From Saccharolobus solfataricus (lineage in GTDB: Archaea; Thermoproteota; Thermoprotei_A; Sulfolobales; Sulfolobaceae), in the NCBI RefSeq assembly GCF_900079115.1, contig NZ_LT549890.1, positions 2,070,001-2,102,000 on the forward strand: 32,000 nt of DNA, in the 5' to 3' direction. The first letter of the stretch is position 1, and each line of letters begins with the position of its first letter. The translations under genes and the position numbers were made by a program. The notes below the pieces were generated by a model that was not told where the DNA came from, searched no databases, and saw only the letters and a program-made list of their open reading frames with translations. This document shows, piece by piece, positions 27,094 to 32,000 of this stretch.

Positions 27094-27949
27094 TTACCTC
27101 CTCCTCTATCTCATCTTCCGCGAAAGTATCTAGTTTTTTAGAATATCTTATCAAAGGATTGTTGCTTTCATATTCTGAATTCAAGAGCACCCAAGCGTTG
27201 ATTAGACTTCTGTCTATCCAATTGTCGAATCTAATTTGAAATGGGTAGTGAGTTTTATCTAAAAATGATAATAAAATCTCTAGTTCCTCTTCGCTCGCTC
27301 TTTTAGTGCCCCACACTATTTTCCTATTTCCTACGTATCTTTCTCCTTTACCGGGTATAATAACCATACCATGTATGCCCTTAACTCTGTAGGTCGAAGT
27401 ATCCACGCTGTCGGCGTTGAAGTAGACTTTTCTCATGAAAGGTGATCCTGCACCTAAGACGTGTATTTTCCCCTTCCATAATTTCCTAACTAAATAATAT
27501 ATTGCAACCGCAAGTTTTTTGTTACCGCTCTTGTTTAGGGTAGGAGGGACGATCCCACCAAAAGCTACTAGGTCCGTATATTGGGAGTAGAAGTCTATGG
27601 ATTTCTTTATTGACTCAGGATCATAAGCGTGTATGACTGGTACTATTTTCTTATCGAAAACTGTGTATAAGTACTCGAAGTATTTGTAATTCAATTCTGA
27701 TGGCTTATGGCAAGGAATTGATGGTATATCAAGGCTCATATATTGTGTGGCATCTAGTATTTTATACTTCTCAACTACTTTTTCTATTTCAACTTTTATT
27801 CCTCTAACCATTATTTGGTATCCTCCAGAGTCTACCCATGTCTCATTTTCCCAAGATGGTCTATCCCAGTTTAATTGGTTAATCATTAATGGTTGTTTAA
27901 ACGTCCAAACTGGGATTTTCAGATCAGGTATGCCTAGTATTATCTTCAT
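27077..27949 (-). CDS. Minimal TGT-family (tRNA-guanine transglycosylase / DpdA-like) TIM-barrel protein
   Basis: 290 aa. TGT blocks are present: WVDSGGYQIM (catalytic Asp about aa 40), YMSLDIP, LVAFGGIVPP, IHVLGAGSP and NADSVDTSTYR (second Asp region, aa 180-185). There is no C-x-C-x2-C...H zinc cluster (only 2 Cys in the protein) and no C-terminal PUA-type extension. Confidence 0.7.
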   Translation of the reverse strand: MKIILGIPDLKIPVWTFKQPLMINQLNWDRPSWENETWVDSGGYQIMVRGIKVEIEKVVEKYKILDATQYMSLDIPSIPCHKPSELNYKYFEYLYTVFDKKIVPVIHAYDPESIKKSIDFYSQYTDLVAFGGIVPPTLNKSGNKKLAVAIYYLVRKLWKGKIHVLGAGSPFMRKVYFNADSVDTSTYRVKGIHGMVIIPGKGERYVGNRKIVWGTKRASEEELEILLSFLDKTHYPFQIRFDNWIDRSLINAWVLLNSEYESNNPLIRYSKKLDTFAEDEIEEEVNELCM

Positions 27950-27987
27950 TTTTCCTGATATTGGTATTACTATTGGGTTAAATCTTG

Positions 27988-27997
27988 ATTATATAAT
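27988..27997 (-). promoter_or_regulatory. Candidate TATA box for the six-gene operon (palindromic ATTATATAAT; could also serve the divergent gene)
   Basis: An AT palindrome centred about 44 nt upstream of the ATG at 27949. This implies a short leader containing AGGA. Confidence 0.3.
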
Positions 27998-28179
27998 AAT
28001 ACTACTTGTTTTCTTACGTTCTCGCTAATGGAAAATGCAATTTCGTATATTACATCAGTGAAACAACCCTTCATCACGCTTCAGTTAAGGTTGGTTTCCT
28101 CATATATTGTAATCATTGTTTTCAGTTGCTATTATCACTTACGCTCCCCTGCCTGTTAGATATTAAGCATCTAGTTATT

Positions 28180-28860
28180 GTGTCCAAAGGAGCAGTAATC
28201 CTTATATTGATTACATTATTTGTATATACTCTGAATATTATTAGTAATGCGTACTTAGTTAATGTAAAGATTTTAAGTCCTTTTCCGATCACGTTAATGT
28301 TTTCTGACTCACAAGGTGTTAAACTGGTTTCTTCCAATCAAACGTTAAATGTCAGCAGCTCAAATTTAAGGATTCAAGTGTTTGTTCTATCCCCCTACTC
28401 CTACTGTATATTTATCAACGGAAATAAGACCGACGAATTTAACGTTACTTTGTCTAATTACTCTCAATTTAACCTTACGGTAACAGTTATTCCTAAGTAT
28501 GCTTTTTTGAAAGTTAACGTTGTTGGTAAGGGTACAGCTTATATTGAATTAGATAATGGTAGCATAATTGCAGTAAGGAACTCTTCTGTAATTAGAGTGT
28601 ATAATGGTTCCAGTGTTCTTCTTGAGGCTAACGGTGATCTTATTAATTGGTCAAATGGGGCTAATACTATGACGCTTTGGTATACAGTTGGTGGCAACTC
28701 GACAATTACGGCATTTTTTGGTAATTCTAGTATTCTTCCAAAGTCTGGTACTGTTAAACCTACAGTAAACTACACTGAAGTTGGGCTTAGTTTATTTGCG
28801 GTAGGATTTTTCATATTATATAAAATATATTCTAGAAAAGACCAAGATACTAATGTTTGA
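28180..28860 (+). CDS. Secreted or membrane glycoprotein, function unknown; start uncertain
   Basis: The ORF-track entry starts at a TTG at 28006, which gives an implausible N-terminus. The GTG at 28180 gives a signal-anchor-like VSKGAVILILITLFV. The protein has many N-x-S/T sequons and a C-terminal TM helix (LSLFAVGFFILYKIY). Confidence 0.4.
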   Translation: MSKGAVILILITLFVYTLNIISNAYLVNVKILSPFPITLMFSDSQGVKLVSSNQTLNVSSSNLRIQVFVLSPYSYCIFINGNKTDEFNVTLSNYSQFNLTVTVIPKYAFLKVNVVGKGTAYIELDNGSIIAVRNSSVIRVYNGSSVLLEANGDLINWSNGANTMTLWYTVGGNSTITAFFGNSSILPKSGTVKPTVNYTEVGLSLFAVGFFILYKIYSRKDQDTNV

Positions 28861-28901
28861 TAACAACTTTTAAATGTGTACTCGTTACTAAAAATATTAG
28901 A

Positions 28902-30833
28902 ATGAATGAGAGATTAATGAATTCTCAAAGTGGATATTTAAGGAAGGCAGTAAATCATCCAATAAATTGGTACACTTGGTCTAATGATGTATTTGAAATT
29001 GCGAAGAAGGAGAATAAGCCAATACTTATTGATGTAGGCGCTGCTTGGTGCCATTGGTGCAATGTTATGGATGAGGATACCTATTCAAATCCAGAAATAG
29101 CTAAGATAGTTAACGAGAATTTTATTCCCGTAAAGGTTGATCGTGATGAAATGCCCGATTTGGACAGGTTACTTCAAAACGCAGCTATGGCAATAACAGG
29201 TGAATCTGGATGGCCTTTAACTATATTTATGACACCAGAGGGAAAGGTCTTCTTTGGTGGCACTTACTTTCCTCCAGAGGATAGATATGGACGAATAGGC
29301 TTCAAGAGATTACTATTGGAGATTTTGAGAATATGGAGAGAAGATAGAAACCAAATACTATTATCTTCAATAGACCCCAATATGTTGATTCCTAAAAATA
29401 CTGGTGGAGTTCTAAATTCAAGCGTTTTAGATGATGCGTTTTCCTTTATAACATCCTATTTTGATATCGAGTATGGTGGATTAGGGTTTGGTGCCAAATT
29501 TCCCCATCCTTTTGTCGACTTGTTATTCCTTAACTACAGTGCTACTAGAGGAGATGATTTAGGTAAGAAACTAGGTCTATTCACTTTAAGGAAAATGTAC
29601 TATGGTGGTATTTTTGATCAAGTTGGTGGAGGATTTCATAGATATACCGTTGATAGAGAGTGGAAGTTACCTCATTTTGAGAAACTACTTATAGATAATG
29701 CTGAATTAATCTACGATTACTTTACTTATTATATAGCGACTAATGATATAGAAATTCTTGACGCCTTACGAAATTCAGTAGATTTCGTTTTAAGAGAATT
29801 ATACATAGATGGGAAAGGCTTTGCTAATAGTTTAGATGCAGATAGTGAAGGTATGGAAGGTAAGTATTACACGTGGACTGAGGATGAGCTAAAAGATTCG
29901 TTAGGAAATGATTACGGTATCGCTATAAGGGTATTTGACTTGAAGAATACAGTGGAGGTTGAAGGTAGGAAAGTTCTATTGAGAACTATTGAACTTAGGG
30001 AGCTGTGTAAAGCAACTGGTTTACAAGTGAATGATATGATAAAGAAGATAAGTGAGATAAGAACTAAACTATTGGCATATAGAAAGCAAAATAGAAAAAT
30101 GCCATATAGAGATGATAATACGTACACTTATTCTAACGCAAAGCTGGCAGAATCCATGTTGTATTCCTCATTAATTTTAAACAAGAGCATTGAGGAGGCT
30201 AAGCTTGTTCTGAGTAAGTTAGGAAAAACTGTTAGTAGAAGATTAGATGGCGGAAAGGCGGGATTACCAGAAGACTATGCTGCAGCACTTTTAGCAACTA
30301 TTTCCGCATACGAGGTATTAGGCGAAGAAAGGTATTATGATTTGGCAATTGAACTCGGTAGAAATATTGGAGTCATTAAGCCTAATAATTTCACTGACAT
30401 GCCTAATGAGTCTGCAAATTCAATGTACATTAGGGCGTTATTCAAGTTGTCGCTATTATCTGATGAGTTTAAAGTTGATGAGGAGAAAATAAAACCTTTA
30501 ATTCCCTCTTTAACTGCAGAAAACTCTCAATTTATTGCTGGCATAGTAAATTCTATCTCTAGTTACATTAGTGGAATGGCTCATGTTGTGGTGGTTGATG
30601 AAAAGGATGGATTAGCTGAGAGGTTACATAAAGTTGCGTTACTTACCTATTATCCCTTTAAACTAGTTGAAAAGGTGGATGATAGCAGAACTGACTATGT
30701 TAGCTCAGTAATAAGGGCTATGATTAAATATAATGTGGGAAGGAGTAGAGCATATGTGTGTATAGGCAATACGTGCAGTATGCCAGTAAGTGAAGAGGAA
30801 AAGATTAAACAATTACTTAAAACTAAGCTTTGA
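28902..30833 (+). CDS. DUF255/YyaL-type thioredoxin-domain protein with an (alpha/alpha)6-barrel C-terminal region
   Basis: An N-terminal thioredoxin-like block HPINWYTWSNDVFEIAKKENKPILIDVGAAWCHWCNVMDEDTY is followed by GGFHRYTVDREWKLPHFEKLLIDNA, typical of this family. The ATG at 28902 is preferred over the TTG at 28857. Confidence 0.85.
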   Translation: MNERLMNSQSGYLRKAVNHPINWYTWSNDVFEIAKKENKPILIDVGAAWCHWCNVMDEDTYSNPEIAKIVNENFIPVKVDRDEMPDLDRLLQNAAMAITGESGWPLTIFMTPEGKVFFGGTYFPPEDRYGRIGFKRLLLEILRIWREDRNQILLSSIDPNMLIPKNTGGVLNSSVLDDAFSFITSYFDIEYGGLGFGAKFPHPFVDLLFLNYSATRGDDLGKKLGLFTLRKMYYGGIFDQVGGGFHRYTVDREWKLPHFEKLLIDNAELIYDYFTYYIATNDIEILDALRNSVDFVLRELYIDGKGFANSLDADSEGMEGKYYTWTEDELKDSLGNDYGIAIRVFDLKNTVEVEGRKVLLRTIELRELCKATGLQVNDMIKKISEIRTKLLAYRKQNRKMPYRDDNTYTYSNAKLAESMLYSSLILNKSIEEAKLVLSKLGKTVSRRLDGGKAGLPEDYAAALLATISAYEVLGEERYYDLAIELGRNIGVIKPNNFTDMPNESANSMYIRALFKLSLLSDEFKVDEEKIKPLIPSLTAENSQFIAGIVNSISSYISGMAHVVVVDEKDGLAERLHKVALLTYYPFKLVEKVDDSRTDYVSSVIRAMIKYNVGRSRAYVCIGNTCSMPVSEEEKIKQLLKTKL

Positions 30834-30845
30834 CATTTTTTATTT

Positions 30846-31565
30846 ATGGGAAGGTTAGATAATAAGAAAGTAGCTATTATAGGTGTAAGCGAAGGTTTAG
30901 GTTATGCTGTAGCTTATTTTGCATTAAAAGAGGGTGCGCAAGTTTGTATAAATGCGAGGAATGAGAACAAGCTAAAGAAAATGAAGGAGACTCTAAGTAA
31001 GTATGGTAATATCCAGTATGTAGTTGGTGATGTCTCTAATATTGAAGGTGCTAGGAATGTATTAGATAAGTGTGCATCTTTTCTTAACGGAATAGATCAT
31101 TTAGTTGTTACTGTTGGAGGATATATTGAGGACACAATAGATCATTTTAGTGGATTAGAAGAGATGTTGACTAATCACATAAAGATTCCTCTTTATGTAA
31201 TCAATTCATCTCTAAGGTTTCTTAGGGAAGGTTCCAGTGTAGTTTTAGTATCATCAATGAGTGGTATTGGTAAAGCATCCCCTGACCAATTATCTTATGC
31301 AGTAGCTAAAGCGGGTCTAGCTAAGGAGGTCGAAATTATAGCCTCTGAATTATTAGGTAAGGGTATCAGAGTTAACGGTATTGCTCCAACTACTATAGGT
31401 GGAGAATTTGAACCTGAAAGAAATTGGAAGAAGCTTAGAAAATTAGGTGATGATATGGCTCCTCCAGAGGATTTCGCTAAGGTTATTATTTGGCTTTTAA
31501 CTGACGAATCGGAATGGGTAGATGGAGTTGTAATACCAGTTCATGGTGGCGCAAGGCTAAAATAG
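30846..31565 (+). CDS. Short-chain dehydrogenase/reductase (SDR)
   Basis: 239 aa with an N-terminal dinucleotide-binding loop KKVAIIGVSEGLGYAV, a catalytic SSMSG...YAVAKAG (Y-x3-K), and IRVNGIAP. Confidence 0.85.
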   Translation: MGRLDNKKVAIIGVSEGLGYAVAYFALKEGAQVCINARNENKLKKMKETLSKYGNIQYVVGDVSNIEGARNVLDKCASFLNGIDHLVVTVGGYIEDTIDHFSGLEEMLTNHIKIPLYVINSSLRFLREGSSVVLVSSMSGIGKASPDQLSYAVAKAGLAKEVEIIASELLGKGIRVNGIAPTTIGGEFEPERNWKKLRKLGDDMAPPEDFAKVIIWLLTDESEWVDGVVIPVHGGARLK

Positions 31566-31574
31566 GTGTCCATA

Positions 31575-32000
31575 GTGGGTAATGTTGAAAACTTGATCAA
31601 TGGTGTAGGAGAATTATGGAATAAATACGTTAAACACGAATTCATACTTAAGATGAGGGATGGATCTCTTCCATTAGATATTTTTAGATATTACCTTATA
31701 CAAGATGGAAAATATGTAGAGGATATGTTAAGAGCATTGCTAATCGCATCCAGCAAAGGTCCTATTGATAAAGTTACTAAGATACTTAATTTAGTTTTTT
31801 CTAGTCGGGATAAAGGGTTAGAGACTCATGGTAAACTTTATTCTAAATTGGATATTTCTAGAGATGTAATAGTTAAAACTGGATATAATCTAATAAATTA
31901 TGCTTATACGAGACATCTATACTACTATGCTAATCTAGATTGGAATAAATTTTTAGTTGCATGGACTCCGTGTATGTTTGGATATAGTATAGTTGGGGAT
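31575..32000 (+). CDS. TenA/thiaminase-II family protein, N-terminal part (continues beyond the window)
   Basis: The frame is open from the GTG at 31575 to the window end. The translation LWNKYVKHEFILKMRDGSLPLDIFRYYLIQDGKYVEDMLRAL ... AWTPCMFGYSIVGD matches TenA hallmarks (F-x-x-Y-L-x-QD and the active-site P-C-x-x-x-Y). Confidence 0.7.
   Translation, partial: MGNVENLINGVGELWNKYVKHEFILKMRDGSLPLDIFRYYLIQDGKYVEDMLRALLIASSKGPIDKVTKILNLVFSSRDKGLETHGKLYSKLDISRDVIVKTGYNLINYAYTRHLYYYANLDWNKFLVAWTPCMFGYSIVGD

Noticed and set aside
27747-28337. ORFs 27747-28028 (+) and 28122-28337 (-), and the TTG start at 28006 for the 284-aa ORF
   Set aside because: The first is antisense to the TGT-like gene. The second is antisense to the glycoprotein ORF. 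The 58-aa extension from 28006 lacks signal-peptide character and would occupy the divergent promoter region, so the GTG at 28180 is preferred, though unproven.
29912-30127. 71-aa ORF (-) inside the DUF255/YyaL gene, and 9416-9637 (-) inside icd
   Set aside because: Both are shadow ORFs within unambiguous genes.

Overview
An AT-rich crenarchaeal chromosomal window of Sulfolobus/Saccharolobus type. Signs of this are the low G+C, frequent GTG/TTG starts, GGTGA-type Shine-Dalgarno motifs inside operons, TATA boxes about 25 nt upstream of start codons, and many secreted proteins rich in N-glycosylation sequons. From memory, several proteins look nearly identical to Saccharolobus solfataricus proteins: the malonyl-CoA reductase of the 3-hydroxypropionate/4-hydroxybutyrate cycle, isocitrate dehydrogenase, and the Orc1/Cdc6 paralog Cdc6-3. 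This needs BLAST confirmation. Most of the window is ordinary core genome: metabolism, two extracellular protease families, a stomatin/NfeD pair, TPR, SDR, TenA and DUF255/YyaL-type proteins. Two regions stand out. (1) 9756-10592 is a non-coding stretch between icd and the Orc1/Cdc6 gene. It carries perfect 18-bp direct repeats, inverted partial copies with a GGAAA core, and an AT-rich spacer, which fits a chromosomal replication origin (oriC2-like). (2) 20060-27949, minus strand, is a tightly coupled six-gene operon. In transcription order it encodes a minimal tRNA-guanine-transglycosylase (TGT/DpdA-like) protein, a small protein with the archaeosine-synthase (ArcS) signature motif, a HerA-like hexameric ATPase, a 1012-aa KAP-like P-loop NTPase, a 229-aa coiled-coil protein and a NurA-like nuclease. 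I interpret this as a candidate, apparently uncharacterised 7-deazaguanine DNA-modification plus nuclease/translocase (defence or DNA-surveillance) system. All family assignments come from motifs read by eye in the translations. No searches were run.
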